Shown: positions 49,864 to 61,624, counted from the stretch's first letter. The stretch is DNA of 64,000 nt from Octopus sinensis (GCF_006345805.1 NC_043019.1:11717360-11781359), one strand, 5' to 3'. The notes: generated by a model from the letters alone, not told the origin. Translations and numbers: made by a program.

Positions 49864-50013
49864 AAATGGATGTTATTTGTTGGTCGTTGGGTTTTAATCA
49901 TGCAAACGAAATGAAACGAAACGATTCGTATATTGTCACATGTCCATTTTTTACATTGAATGATAAAACTCATGCTGTGAAGCAAGAACTTTTCTTATAA
50001 TATTGTTATTGCT

Positions 50014-50019
50014 AATAAA
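50014..50019 (+). terminator. Polyadenylation signal of CFAP57 copy 2
   Basis: AATAAA in the same conserved 3'UTR block. Confidence 0.55.
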
Positions 50020-50339
50020 GTCAACTTCATCGAAGTCGTTCATTTCATTTGTATTTCATGTCATCGTTCAGGAGTCGATAGAATAAAGTACCAGTCAAAT
50101 ACCAAAGTCAGTGTTATTAGCTGTACTCTTTGGTACTCTGTCCTTATATTAAAAATAGATGTCATTACAAATGGTGATGGGCACGGTGGATTGGCAGATT
50201 CGGTAAACATTGAAACGAAATGCCTTGCAGATTTGGATGTGTTACCTTAACTTTGAGTTCAAATCTTGCCGAAATCAACCTAGTCTTTCATATTCCAGGC
50301 TCGATAAAATGTAACATCAGTAAAGTACTGAGATTAAAT

Positions 50340-52800
50340 TAATCACTGATGTCACTGCAACACTCATAAACATCTCTTTACACCAATTCCATTTCTATAA
50401 TTTTCTCTCCTGCTCTCCAATATTTTTTAATTTTGTCTCAACTTAAATCCATTCATCAATAATACTTACCGGCCAAAGCCTTGTGGGTGGATTTTGTAGA
50501 CGGAAAATCAAATATCGTGTTCCTCTCCGAAATACAGAAAACTCTGGAGCTCTGTCTCCAACCCATCTCAGCTGTCCGGGCTATATTTTATAATTCTAAC
50601 TTCACCACGAAAGGTGGTGTCTGTGATTGCATAGACTCCGTTCTCCCTGTTCCTTACCTCTCTCTCTCTCTCGTGGATTCAAATATCAACCCCTTCAAGT
50701 TACTTTGACTCGCAGTCTACCGCTTTCACTCACCCAAATGCATTTCGTCCTTCTAGCGTTTTCCGAACTTCGCAGACTACCAACTAGTCTTCAACCAAAT
50801 CAAGTCTTGCATTAGGGACAGAAATCTTATTTCACCCATCCCCAAAGTCATCGTCCTTGGTAACTTCAACATCACATCTCATGGTTGTCTCATACATCTC
50901 ACGGTGATGTCATTGGTGCAGAAGCCGAATCCTTTGTAATCTTCAACTCTTTCCATCAGTTTGTCTCATCTCCAACTTGTATCCCAGATCAACACACAGT
51001 TAAGCCAAACACTCTTGATCGCTTTTCTCACTGCTAAACCTAATCTCTACCGAACTGCAACTGTCTCGACACCTATTGCATCGTCTGACCATTGCTTCAT
51101 TGTAACTAATCACACACAACGTCTCCAAAATTCGCACCCAACGACAATACAAGACCTCCGAATAATCTCATATATCATTCCTACTGACCACCCATCAGCC
51201 AAGTTACAAACTCCCTTTTAGGTCTGTCCCTTCATATCTCGAATACAACAAAATCAACAATGTCTCAAGTCCCCGAATCTATACACTTAGAGTTGTGCTG
51301 AAGCTGTTTAAACGAGAAACAAGCCCTACATCAGCAGCAGAAGAGAACCCACCCTCAGAAATCCGGACGTCTTTTATCCAGCGACAGAACTCGTGTTAGA
51401 TCACTCTCTGAATCACCCTGGGGGATGGTGCTGTTGCCCAGAACAACACTGGCCCCCAAACCTCGAATTTCCATCCCTTCTAAACAATCACCACAACGGT
51501 TTCCGTGAAGACAGACCCGCTAGTTACTTGCTCTCCTATATCTTGAAGAAATATGGGGAAGGCCATATTGTTGATTTCGGCATCAGTAAAGTTTTCCTCA
51601 TTATCTAGCAAGCAAATCTCCTTTCGAAACTTCCCACCTATGGGCTTCACGCGTCGTTCATCTCTTAGACAGGTAGCTCCCTATCAGCTCACCCTATCGC
51701 AGCATGTATTGACAGTCCTTTCTGACCTTCATTCTATCAACTTCGGCGTACCCCAGAGCGATACTTCTACCCCTCCCCGCCCCACAACGCCATTTTCTTC
51801 CTCCTGTATCGGCACGTCTAACAATGTTCACTCTTTTCAAAGGTCGGTGAGCTGGCAGAATCGTTAGCACGCCGGGCGAAATGCTTAGCGGTATTTCGTC
51901 TGCGTTACGTTGTGAGTTCAAATTCCGCCGAGGTCGACTTTGCCTTTCATCCTTTCGGGGTCGATAAATTAAGTACCAGTTACGCACTGGGGTCGATGTA
52001 ATCGACTTAATACCTATGTCTGTCCTTGTTTGTCCCCTCTGTGTTTAGCCCCTTGTGGGTAATAAAGAAATAGGTATTACATTTCGTTCTTCCTTAACCT
52101 TCTCCAAAACATGCGTCATCCACTCACAAAAAACTAGATGCTACAAGTCGAACCGTCATTGACTCCATTTTCAACAGCAAGGAAACGCAAGCTACAAATT
52201 TGTGTGTTTTCTATGCTATTGAAAAGATAAGACTAAGAAATCTTCATCACACCACACATGCCTAACCTCGAAATTGTTCCAAATGTTGGACTTCACTATC
52301 ACCGAGGATCTGTTTAAAAACATCATTAACGTAACTTAAATCAGACCATAACGATCCAGAAGATACTTCATCTCCCCACCACCACCACCACCACCACCTC
52401 TTCCAACAATAATTTATCCTCTACAAAGTTCTGGCGGAGCCAACAGTGGGGCATTGTTTTCACATCTAGGACGGCCCTACTGCTGCCGTGGCACACAAAG
52501 ACAGCCCATCCTAAAAATGACCAGCCCATTGATAAACATAAGGCCACTAACATTCTCTTGGCTATTGCCCACAGGCGCTGTCTCATTTCTCTGCTTTGTC
52601 TATCTCAGAACTGCTGGTGTCGTGCCACTTCCGTCCAGGCATGACCTACACACCCGAATTTCCTCCTCTCATAACTTTTGTTATGTCCAAACTCACCAAG
52701 AACCTCCACCCAGTCCTTCTACGAACATCGGCCTTCTGGTTTTCTCTTTGCCCTCGTGTCTTTAGCGTAAGCGTTGACTCACAATGATTCACAACAAACA
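50340..52800 (+). mobile_element. Heavily degraded APE-type non-LTR retrotransposon (Jockey/CR1-like) relic interrupted by a SINE
   Basis: Scattered motifs in order: VIVLGNFNI (~50850), SSDHCFI (~51080), DFGISKVF (~51575), INFGVPQSD (~51740); C/T-rich coding-strand bias; many frameshifts. Confidence 0.5.
51841..52075 (+). mobile_element. tRNA-derived SINE family B with Nin/Deu-like domain (other copies ~4070-4270, 18590-18817, 20078-20280, 34587-34975)
   Basis: gagcTGGCAGAATCG...GAGTTCAAATTCC boxes followed by GCCTTTCATCCTTTCGGGGTCGATAAATTAAGTACCAG (Nin/Deu-domain-like). Confidence 0.8.
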
Positions 52801-52944
52801 TGAATTTACTGGTCTAGCAAACCCACCCTCCTTTCCTCCTCCAAGTTTTCGTATGTTGTTTGGATTTATATATTTTTATATTAATAATTATCTTTCTAAA
52901 GATAGTGAGCTGGCAGAATTATTGGCACGCCGAGCAAAATGCTT

Positions 52945-53240
52945 TATACGTACATGCATGCATGCATACATACATACGTACGTACATACATACATACGTA
53001 CGTACATACATACATACATACATACGTACGTACGTACATACATACGTACATACGTACGTACATACATACATACATACATACATACATACATACGTACATA
53101 CATACATACGTACGTACATACATACGTACATACATACATACGTACATACATACATACATACATACATACATACATACATACATACATACATACATACATA
53201 CATACATACATACATACATACGTACATATATACATACATA

Positions 53241-53283
<43 letters not shown>
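52945..53283. repeat. (TACA/TACG)n + (TA)n microsatellite
   Basis: Direct reading. Confidence 0.95.
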
Positions 53284-53285
<2 letters not shown>

Positions 53286-53447
53286 AGGCGCAAGCGTGGA
53301 TGTGCGGTAAGAAGTTTGCTTCCCAACTACTTGGTTCCGGGTTCAGTCCCACTGCGTGGCAACTTGGGCAAGTCTCTTCTACTATAGCCTCGGGCCGACC
53401 AAGCCTTGTGAGTGGATTTTGTAGACGGAAAGTGAAAGAAGCCCGTC

Positions 53448-53486
<39 letters not shown>

Positions 53487-53596
53487 TTCATTGTGTTGTG
53501 TGTGTGTGTGTGTGTGAGTGTAGAATGGCCAAATAAAAAATGTAAAATCCAGAAAGTAATATAAAGGGAAATAGTAAATCATGCCGTCCTTCAAAT

Positions 53597-53618
53597 CACG
53601 TGACCGGAGCTATTTAAA
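53597..53618 (+). promoter_or_regulatory. Candidate core promoter of CFAP57 copy 3: CACGTGAC + TATA-like TATTTAAA
   Basis: CACGTGAC 53597-53604 and TATTTAAA 53611-53618; conserved with copy 2 while the flanks diverge. Confidence 0.5.
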
Positions 53619-53668
53619 GCCTCGAAGAGCCTCAACACCAAGCATTATCTTTGGAGCAGCATTCAGGT

Positions 53669-56600
53669 ATGTTTGGGGAACTATCTCAAATCGCTTCCTC
53701 TAAAGTGACTTTAAAATATTTGATTGGAATCAACTCGGATATTTCTAGCAATGTTTTTTTTCTCGATGAACGAACTATCTTTTATACTTGTGGTTGTTAT
53801 TGTGTCCTTTTTAACACCGAACAGAAAACCATGCGATTACTCATAGCATCAGAGAAAGGAACTAAAATAACTGCCATGGCTGTATCTCCCAACCGTACCT
53901 ATTCGGCCGTTGCTTTGTATTCCGAGAAACCAACTGTGAACATTTTTAATTTGTCAACTATGCAGAAAAGGAACACTTTAGTTTGCCACAAATTGCATTC
54001 TTGTAAGATCATTAGTTTGTCTTTTTCATCTAATTCTCGATATCTTGTGGCCATGTGTGACGACCCATCACGAACCTTACTTTACTGGTCATGGAAAAGA
54101 TCGAAACTACTTCTCACGACCAAAGTGACAGATTCTGTGGCACCGGAGACTCTTTATTGCCTTAGTTTCAACCCTCGAACACATTTCAACGTGCATATAT
54201 TTGGCGACAAGTTCCTTAAATTGGTCCGCTTCGAAGGAAACAGAAACAAACAATTCAATTTTCCGAAGATCGTACCTCAAGACTTCAAATGCTATTGCTG
54301 GGATGCGAACCAACGTCTTTTGGTGGGTACAGGCAGTGGCCGAGTGTTGTTTATCGAAGATATGGATTTAAGACTTGAATTTAATGTATTCCAATATACG
54401 AATATTTCCGACGAATCCGTCATGTCGTGTGGAGTAACGGCTATTACCAGTTATTCTAAAGGATTTATTACAGCGTGTGGTAAGAAATGTGTTCAGTTTT
54501 TTGAAAGAGATGACGTCTGGGATACTTACAAGTTTGTTAGGAATGTTTGCCTTCCGCCAGATGTTTTGGAAAACCGTGATCTGTGTAAACAAATTATAAA
54601 ATGGATGGTGGTGAATCCATCGGAGGACGCTCTCGTTATTAGCACCAACATGAAACAACTGTATTATACACCAGTTCATCCAACAAAACATAAGGTAACT
54701 GTGTTTGATGTTTTAGTACAGCCTTTCCATTATAAATCTATCACTGGATGTTGTGTCTGCTCGTGGAAGCCTCTCATTGCAACCAGCTCTCTGGACGGTT
54801 CCATAAAATTGTGGAACCGCGAAACGTTTACCTTAGAATTTTCTAAAAACTTTTCAGAAGAAGTATACAGCATATCTATGCACCCAACGGGACTATTTCT
54901 TCTGGCAGGTTTCAGCGACAAATTACGTTTCATGTATATTCTTAGGGATGACTTCAGACCGTTTAGAGATATCAACATCCACATGTGTACACATTGCAAC
55001 TTCAGTCGAGGTGGCCACATGTTCGCGGCGGTCAACAACAACTTTATACAGGTATACTCGTCGATTACTTTCGAAATGGTGACCAACCTGAAAGGTCACA
55101 CCGGTAGAGTTCAAGCTACCGCCTGGTGTATAGGTGATAATAATCTAATCTCATGCGGCTTGGATGGGGCAGTTTATGACTGGGAATTAAAAACCGGGAA
55201 GTTAATCGGTCAGTGTGTCTTGAAATCCTGCGCCTGTAACGATGTTGCAATTAACACCGAGTACAAAAAACTATATGTGGTTAGCTCGGATCATTCTTTG
55301 AAAGAAATCCACAAATCGAATTTAATGCAAACGTTTCCACCGAGTGAATGTCTTTTCTCATCAGTTGCTATGTCTCGGTCCAATACAATGTTATTTGTAG
55401 GAACTAATAATGGTTATATAAGAAGCATGGAGTACCCTCCAATACCAGGGGGAAGATGGCTTGATTATCCTTGTCATAGCCTCGAAACAACGCACATGAT
55501 TTTCATGACTGATGATCGATACTTAATTTCAACATCAAGAGATGCTTCAATTGCAATATGGAAGGTTAATGATGATGATGAAGATGAGAGTCCGGTATAT
55601 GGCCAGAGTACCATTTGGTCTGAAGAAATTTTACTTCCGGCGGAAGAGTTAAAAGAAAAAATGTGTTCAATTTCGAAGCTGAAATCCCGTGTCGAAGAAC
55701 TTTCGCAGAAAAACGAGTACACATTGCAACTCGAAGACAATGACTTCAACGAAAAAATAAAAGAGATAGGCGAAAATTATAGTCAAGAAATTGAAAATTT
55801 GAAACTCAAAAATGAAATTATAGAGGAAGAAATTGTCAAAGAAAAATCTAGGCATGACAAAAAAATGAGTGTAATTATTAACGATCACTGCACACAAATA
55901 GAATCCATCTGTTCTACTAATGAGGAAAAGTTAATGGTAGAATATGCAAAACAAAAAGAGCTTGAAGATAAATTAACAGAACTAGAAAAAGAACAAGAGC
56001 AAGAGATACAGCAACTGGAATTAACGCAAGTGAGTTTTGAAACACGATTGACAGATGAATATGAAAAGAAAGCCGAAGGTTTGGAGATGAAAATTTATGA
56101 GTGCGAAGAAAATTTATCGACGCTGCAGAAAGAATGCGATAAAATAGAGAAATTGATTGAAGATGATGCCGAAAAGGAAGCCATCTCCACAAAAGTCGAA
56201 TATGAAAAACTTTTGTATGTCGAGAGATGTGCCTTTTCTAGAATAAAATCCGAACGTAGCACTTTGCGGAAGAAACTCTTAGCTTTCCCTAAACAATTAA
56301 AAGAAAACGAAGATGAATGCTGGAAGCTAAAGATGGAATTAGAAAAACTAAAGCTTATTAAAAGTAATCTAGAGGACGACATAGTGATCTTAAAGAAAGG
56401 AGTGAAGCTCCAATCTCAAGGATTAACTGATGAAGACAAGCGTTTCTGCGAACAGAAGCTGATGCATGAAGATGTCACGAAACTGAGATGTAAATTGGAA
56501 TGGGAAAAGATTATCGAACTCAGACAGCTTGTGGAAGAGAGGGAGACGGAAATCAATAAAACGATGAAGCAAATGGCTGGTATGCGAAACCAGTTGGAAA

Positions 56601-57064
56601 CCTTCACCTCGCAGTTTTTCATAACGGACTATAATACAGCAGAAATGAAGCTGAAATTAGCGGCCACCTTTAAAAAGCTGGATGATGTTCGTAGAAAGCG
56701 ACAACAGAAGACAAAATTGTGGCTCAGGTTCTGTTCCGATTTAAACGACCTCGTGTCTTTTAGAATGCAAGATCCACAGCAACTGAAGAACCGCATAAAA
56801 TCTCTTTATGAAAAATACGTTGTTAAGAATGTCGATAAGCCCCTCAGTTTAGATCCCAATACGCTGATCCAACGGGGTCGGCAGCGGAACCATTTCGAAT
56901 ATACCATACTCAAACTGAAATATACGTTGAAGTGCACCGCCAAAAAGAGCAATCAGAACAATCAACACCTGATCAACAAACGTAATAATCTGGCAGCAGA
57001 GATGCAGTCGAAGAGAGAAGAGAACAGTCATCGTTTGCTTTCGAAAATGGAGAGAGAGAAATGA
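53669..57064 (+). CDS. CFAP57: CFAP57-like, intronless copy 3, ~1131 aa from the first ATG (53669)
   Basis: Single ORF collinear with copies 1 and 2. The ORF-track start at 53651 is TTG; the first ATG is 53669, and the position homologous to copy 2's ATG reads ATC (53690-53692). Confidence 0.9.
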   Translation: MFGELSQIASSKVTLKYLIGINSDISSNVFFLDERTIFYTCGCYCVLFNTEQKTMRLLIASEKGTKITAMAVSPNRTYSAVALYSEKPTVNIFNLSTMQKRNTLVCHKLHSCKIISLSFSSNSRYLVAMCDDPSRTLLYWSWKRSKLLLTTKVTDSVAPETLYCLSFNPRTHFNVHIFGDKFLKLVRFEGNRNKQFNFPKIVPQDFKCYCWDANQRLLVGTGSGRVLFIEDMDLRLEFNVFQYTNISDESVMSCGVTAITSYSKGFITACGKKCVQFFERDDVWDTYKFVRNVCLPPDVLENRDLCKQIIKWMVVNPSEDALVISTNMKQLYYTPVHPTKHKVTVFDVLVQPFHYKSITGCCVCSWKPLIATSSLDGSIKLWNRETFTLEFSKNFSEEVYSISMHPTGLFLLAGFSDKLRFMYILRDDFRPFRDINIHMCTHCNFSRGGHMFAAVNNNFIQVYSSITFEMVTNLKGHTGRVQATAWCIGDNNLISCGLDGAVYDWELKTGKLIGQCVLKSCACNDVAINTEYKKLYVVSSDHSLKEIHKSNLMQTFPPSECLFSSVAMSRSNTMLFVGTNNGYIRSMEYPPIPGGRWLDYPCHSLETTHMIFMTDDRYLISTSRDASIAIWKVNDDDEDESPVYGQSTIWSEEILLPAEELKEKMCSISKLKSRVEELSQKNEYTLQLEDNDFNEKIKEIGENYSQEIENLKLKNEIIEEEIVKEKSRHDKKMSVIINDHCTQIESICSTNEEKLMVEYAKQKELEDKLTELEKEQEQEIQQLELTQVSFETRLTDEYEKKAEGLEMKIYECEENLSTLQKECDKIEKLIEDDAEKEAISTKVEYEKLLYVERCAFSRIKSERSTLRKKLLAFPKQLKENEDECWKLKMELEKLKLIKSNLEDDIVILKKGVKLQSQGLTDEDKRFCEQKLMHEDVTKLRCKLEWEKIIELRQLVEERETEINKTMKQMAGMRNQLETFTSQFFITDYNTAEMKLKLAATFKKLDDVRRKRQQKTKLWLRFCSDLNDLVSFRMQDPQQLKNRIKSLYEKYVVKNVDKPLSLDPNTLIQRGRQRNHFEYTILKLKYTLKCTAKKSNQNNQHLINKRNNLAAEMQSKREENSHRLLSKMEREK

Positions 57065-57222
57065 AAATGGATGTTATTTGTTGATCGCTGGAGTTTTACC
57101 ATTTTAATGTGACGAAACGAATCGTATATTGTCATACGTCCGTTTTTATACTGAGTGATAAAAACCGTGCTGTGTGAAGCAAGAATTTTTTTTTTTTTCA
57201 TACATGTAATATTGTTATTGCT

Positions 57223-57228
57223 AATAAA
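57223..57228 (+). terminator. Polyadenylation signal of CFAP57 copy 3
   Basis: AATAAA in the same conserved 3'UTR block. Confidence 0.55.
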
Positions 57229-57619
57229 AGTTAATTTCACCAAAGTTTTTCATCTCATATCTCTTTCGTTTCATCGTTCAGGGCTCGTTGAAATAAAGTA
57301 TCAGTTATATACTGGAGTCAATCTTATTGACTCTGTCCTTCAGCAAATTCGTTGCCATCTGTGTTCGAAATAAATATCGCTGATGGTGGCAAGGTGACGC
57401 GATGGCAGAATCGTTACCGCGTTATGCTCAGTGGCTTTTCTTCCTACTTTACGTTCTGAGTTTGCCTTTTATCCTTTTGAGGTCGATAAAATAAGTACCA
57501 GTCAAATACTGGGATCGATGCAATCGACTTATCGAAATCTTCTGCTGCTGAGATGAGTGCCTACCAGTCACAATAAACCAGCCAGATGATGTTTACTCCC
57601 ACCCTTTATAGGGGTTTCC

Positions 57620-58045
57620 TCGTACAAAGGGGGCCGTAGTGCTCCTAAATAGACCAGCCGTGACACACACAGCTGCCAAAATCCCGCGTCAGCGCTATTT
57701 CACGGAAAAAAACGTACCAAGCCTGCTTTCGTCATCCGTGGGGACATCCCCGTTGGACAAGAAGTAGACGTTGAGAGCATTATTCAGGGTCCAGATAAAC
57801 CATTCGCGTGGTTTTCTTTCGGGTGGACGACGGTTCGCGTGCCTGATGCCCATGGTCTCGAGGCCCCTCGTACAGAGAGGGCGGCAGTGCTCCTAAATAG
57901 ACCAGCCGTGACACGTACACAGCTTCTAAAATCCTGCATCACCGCTATTTCACTGAGAAAACGTCGCCGATGTGTGTTGACATGCTAGATTTTGCCAGCG
58001 TACCAAGCTTGCTTTCGTCATCCATGGGGACATCACCGGTGGACA
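57620..58045 (+). repeat. Imperfect direct duplication (~140-180 bp units at ~57620 and ~57867)
   Basis: cctcgtaca.ag.ggg..g.agtgctcctaaatagaccagccgtgacac...gctttcgtcatcc.tggggacatc.ccg.tggacaag present twice. Confidence 0.75.
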
Positions 58046-58104
58046 AGCATCAGTAACAGGGTATTTTTGTATGTATGTAATGTAATGTATGTATGTATGT
58101 ATGT

Positions 58105-58648
58105 TATGTCAGGTCACTTTCGAGTGCTACTGGTAACATGTAACCCACTAACAACCTGTTGCATGGTCGGGTCGTCGGCGACTAAACCGACAACCCCACT
58201 AAGCTTGCTTGGACACCCTGCGGGATGAAAATCAAAACCCGTCAAAGGGCGGAGGAACTCTTGAGAGTCAACGGCCATCCATTAAATGTCTTAAGGCTGT
58301 ATCATGCGCGGGGACATAGAAATAATCGGATTGAATACCCGATCGCGCGGTTAAACCATTGGGAGTGAAGGACTCCTAGCCTGTGTTAGGGCATCCTTCT
58401 AGGAGAAGGTACTCGGGTAACTGGGATAACTCCGACATAAAACCTGCGGCTCAGTGGTTACCGATGATGTTCACTTGTTCTTCTTTTCGGATTATGGCTG
58501 CTGTTGCTTAGTGAGTGGGATTGACTCAGTGCACAGCCTTTCCTCACTTTCAAAGAAATCTTCTTGCACAGGCATTGCACGATAACAACATTGATTAAGC
58601 TTCGTGCAATGGCCATACGCGATAACGAGGGGGGCAGCCACCATGTAT
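58105..58648 (+). mobile_element. Non-coding interspersed element with RTE-5'UTR-like motif and (TATG)n tail; partial inverted copy at ~21030-21375
   Basis: 58290-58645 is reverse-complementary to 21030-21375; contains agggcatccttctaggagaagg, similar to RTE 5'UTR motifs; ends ccaccatgtatgtatgt. Confidence 0.6.
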
Positions 58649-58839
58649 GTATGTGCAGATTTGTATGTTTTATGTATGTATTCTCGTGCATAGAGTTACA
58701 TATCTAGACATGCTCATATATATTTAAATGATAAACTTCGATAAAGTTTTCCAGATTTTTACGGTTCCAATGATGGATTGGATATGTAGCCTTCGAATTA
58801 GCTTTCTCCTTTCTGGTTTTGAGAAGCCTAATTTCTCGA

Positions 58840-59030
58840 AATTTGTGGGGCACAGAGTCGAATGCCTTCTTGTAATCTAACTATGTCGTTAAGAGATTAC
58901 GGTGATGTTACTTGGCTTCCTCAAGGACAGCTTTGATGAGGAGAAGCCCCAGACTTCTTTCTTTTATCCTACCTGTTCATCGGGTATCACACCATTTGGC
59001 AGTGGTCTTGGAGAAACATATTCAGACAGC
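58840..59030 (-). mobile_element. Non-LTR retrotransposon RT fragment (R4/Dong-like)
   Basis: Minus-strand LDYKKAFDSVPH at 58880-58845, preceded by an EQ.G...LLLIKAVLE-like segment. Confidence 0.6.
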
Positions 59031-59159
59031 CTGTGCACGGTTTATACATAATATCTAGGCATGCTATGGGCCTTTAGTGTGTGTGTGTGTGTGTGTGTGT
59101 GTATAGGGGCGTATTCTTTTCTACTCTAGGCACAGGACCCGAAATTTTGGGGGAGGGGC

Positions 59160-59950
59160 CAGTCGATTAGATCAACCCCAGTACGCAACTGGTACTTAAT
59201 TTATCGACCCCAAAATGCTGAAAGGCAAAGTAAAATTCGGCGGAATTTGAACTGAGAACGTAAAGGTAGACAAAATACTGCTAAGCATTTCGTCCTGCGT
59301 GCTAACGTTTCTTATTTCTTTACTACCCACAAGGGGCTACACACAGAGGGGACAAACAAGGACAGACAAACAGATTAAGTCGATTACATCGACCCCAGTG
59401 CGTAACTGGTATTTAATTTATCGACCCCGAAAGGATGAAAGGCAAAGTCGACCTCGGCGGAATTTGAACTCGGAACGTAACGGCAGACGAAATACCGCTA
59501 AGCATTTTGCCCGGCATGCTAACGTTTCTTATTTGTTTATTGCCGACAAGGGGCTAAACACAGAGGTAACAAACAAGGACAGACAAACGGATTAAGTCGA
59601 TTATATCGACCCCATTGCGTAACTGTTTATTTACGACTTATTTAAACGACCCCGAAAGGATGAAAGGTAAAGTCGACCTCGGCGGAATTTGAACTCAGAA
59701 TGTAACGGCAGACGAAATACCTATTTCTTTATTACCCACAAGGGGCTAAACACAGAGGGGACAAACAAGGACAGACATAGGTATTAAGTCGATTACATCG
59801 ACCCCAGTGCGTGACTGGTACTTAATTTATCGACCCCGAAAGGATGAAAGGCAAAGTCGACCTCGGCAGAATTTGAACTCAGAATGTAACGGCAGACGAA
59901 ATACCGCTGAGTATTTCGCCCGGCGTGCTAACGTTTCTGCTAGCTCGCCG
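59160..59950 (-). mobile_element. Head-to-tail array (~4 units) of SINE family B
   Basis: Repeated cgaccccgaaaggatgaaaggcaaagtcgacctcggcggaatttgaactc blocks at roughly 190-220-bp spacing; a similar dimer lies at ~25765-26150. Confidence 0.8.
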
Positions 59951-60482
59951 ACTCACAAACAGTCGAATAGCTCAAGGGAGATTACTCGAGACTGTAATGA
60001 TTTTTTTTTTTTTCCTCTGCGTTTAATTTAAATTCTTGAGAGAGTCGAAGCCAGTTGCTAACAAAGCAACAAGACTTTCGAGTTTTAAGAGAGTTCCCGG
60101 TGTTTTGTGAATATGTGGTTGAGTTGGTGTGTTCATTGAACTGTCGATGCATACACCCAAATGTGTGTGCATCTATTCACAATGCAAAGGAGGTGACGCG
60201 GGACTTTCGCTTACGTGGTTACAAACCTTGTTCACAGTGACTCAAAATAGCAAGATTAGGGACCAAGATTAGGGTAAAGATTAAAATTCAGGATTAGCTT
60301 TCGAATTTACGCTTCTGACTTAGTGTTTAAAGTATATTAGAAATATATCGTCTGGATTGCCATGTGTGGAATACCCATTCAGTCGTTTGACGGCGACCAT
60401 GCGACAACGTCACTTCTGCCTTTGTCTCCCAAATCGACCTCAGAACTACTTTTAAGTTCGGTCTTTTTCTTTTATTATTTAA

Positions 60483-60968
60483 CTAGCAGTATCGCCCGGC
60501 GTTGCTCGGGTTTGTAAGGGAAATAACTATATAAGCATTTTTAGAGAGTTATAGCCAAAACATAGCAAAAAAATGCATTAAAAATGGGAAAAAAATGATG
60601 GTAATTTTTTTTTTAATTGTTGACTCATCGGAGACATTTTTAGAGAGTTACTTCCCTTATATAATAGCAAAAAATACATTAAAATAGGAAAAAAATGATG
60701 GTAATTTTTTTAATCGTTTTAGACATTTTTAGAGAGTTACTTCCCTTATATAAAAGCGAAAAATGCATTAAAATGGAAAAAATTATGGTAAATTATTTTT
60801 AAAATCGTAGACTCATCGTAGACGCGCGCTAATACCCAGAAGGGCTCGATATGAATCACGACTATAAGATACCCGGTTTTGGTTAAACTACACCGCAAAA
60901 TGTGGGAGAAGTTAGGAATCTAAATCGTAGGAGACAGACACACAACTTCACTTTTATATATATAAAGA
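60483..60968 (-). mobile_element. Non-autonomous Helitron with internal ~85-bp tandem repeats
   Basis: Minus-strand A|TCTTTATATAT...CCCGAGCAACGCCGGGCGATACTGCTAG|T; repeated catttttagagagtta...gcattaaaatggaaaaaaatgatggtaa units. Confidence 0.8.
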
Positions 60969-61180
60969 TTTGTTTTAGTTTTGTTGTTGTTTATCTGCTA
61001 CGCTGTAGACAGGTAAACTAGTACCGGTTGTCAAGTGTTGAGTAATCGTGAACTAAGTCAGTCAGTAACCACGTAAGCATAAGTCTCAAGTTACCTCCCT
61101 TGTGTCATTTATTTCTTGAATGTCCTACGTCACTATGTCCATATTCATACGCCCACACATCCATACATGCATGCAATCAT

Positions 61181-61212
<32 letters not shown>

Positions 61213-61624
61213 ACACACACATACATACATACATACACACACATACATACATACATACATACATATATGAGGCTAATAACATCATAAGACTTGGAAGACA
61301 GCTCCTTGAACAACACTCTTTGTCTAATAACCTAGAATACATACTCTTTTACTCTTTTACTTGTTTCAGTCAGTTGACTGCGGCCATGCTGGAGCACCGA
61401 CTTTAGGCGAGCAAATCGACCCCAGGACTTATTCTTTGTAAGCCTAGTACTTATTCTATCAGTCTCTTTTGCCGAACCGCTAAGTTACAGGGACGTAAAC
61501 ACAACAGCATCAGTTGTCAAGCGATGTTGGGGGGACAAACACACACACACAAGCATGTACACACACACACATACATATATATTAGATAAATCCATAAATT
61601 ATGCATTACTTTTATATATATATA

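Noticed and set aside
36834-57064. Horizontal transfer from a prokaryote as the reason for intronless genes
   Set aside because: CFAP57 is a eukaryotic axonemal protein and the copies have polyA signals; retroposition is the simpler explanation.
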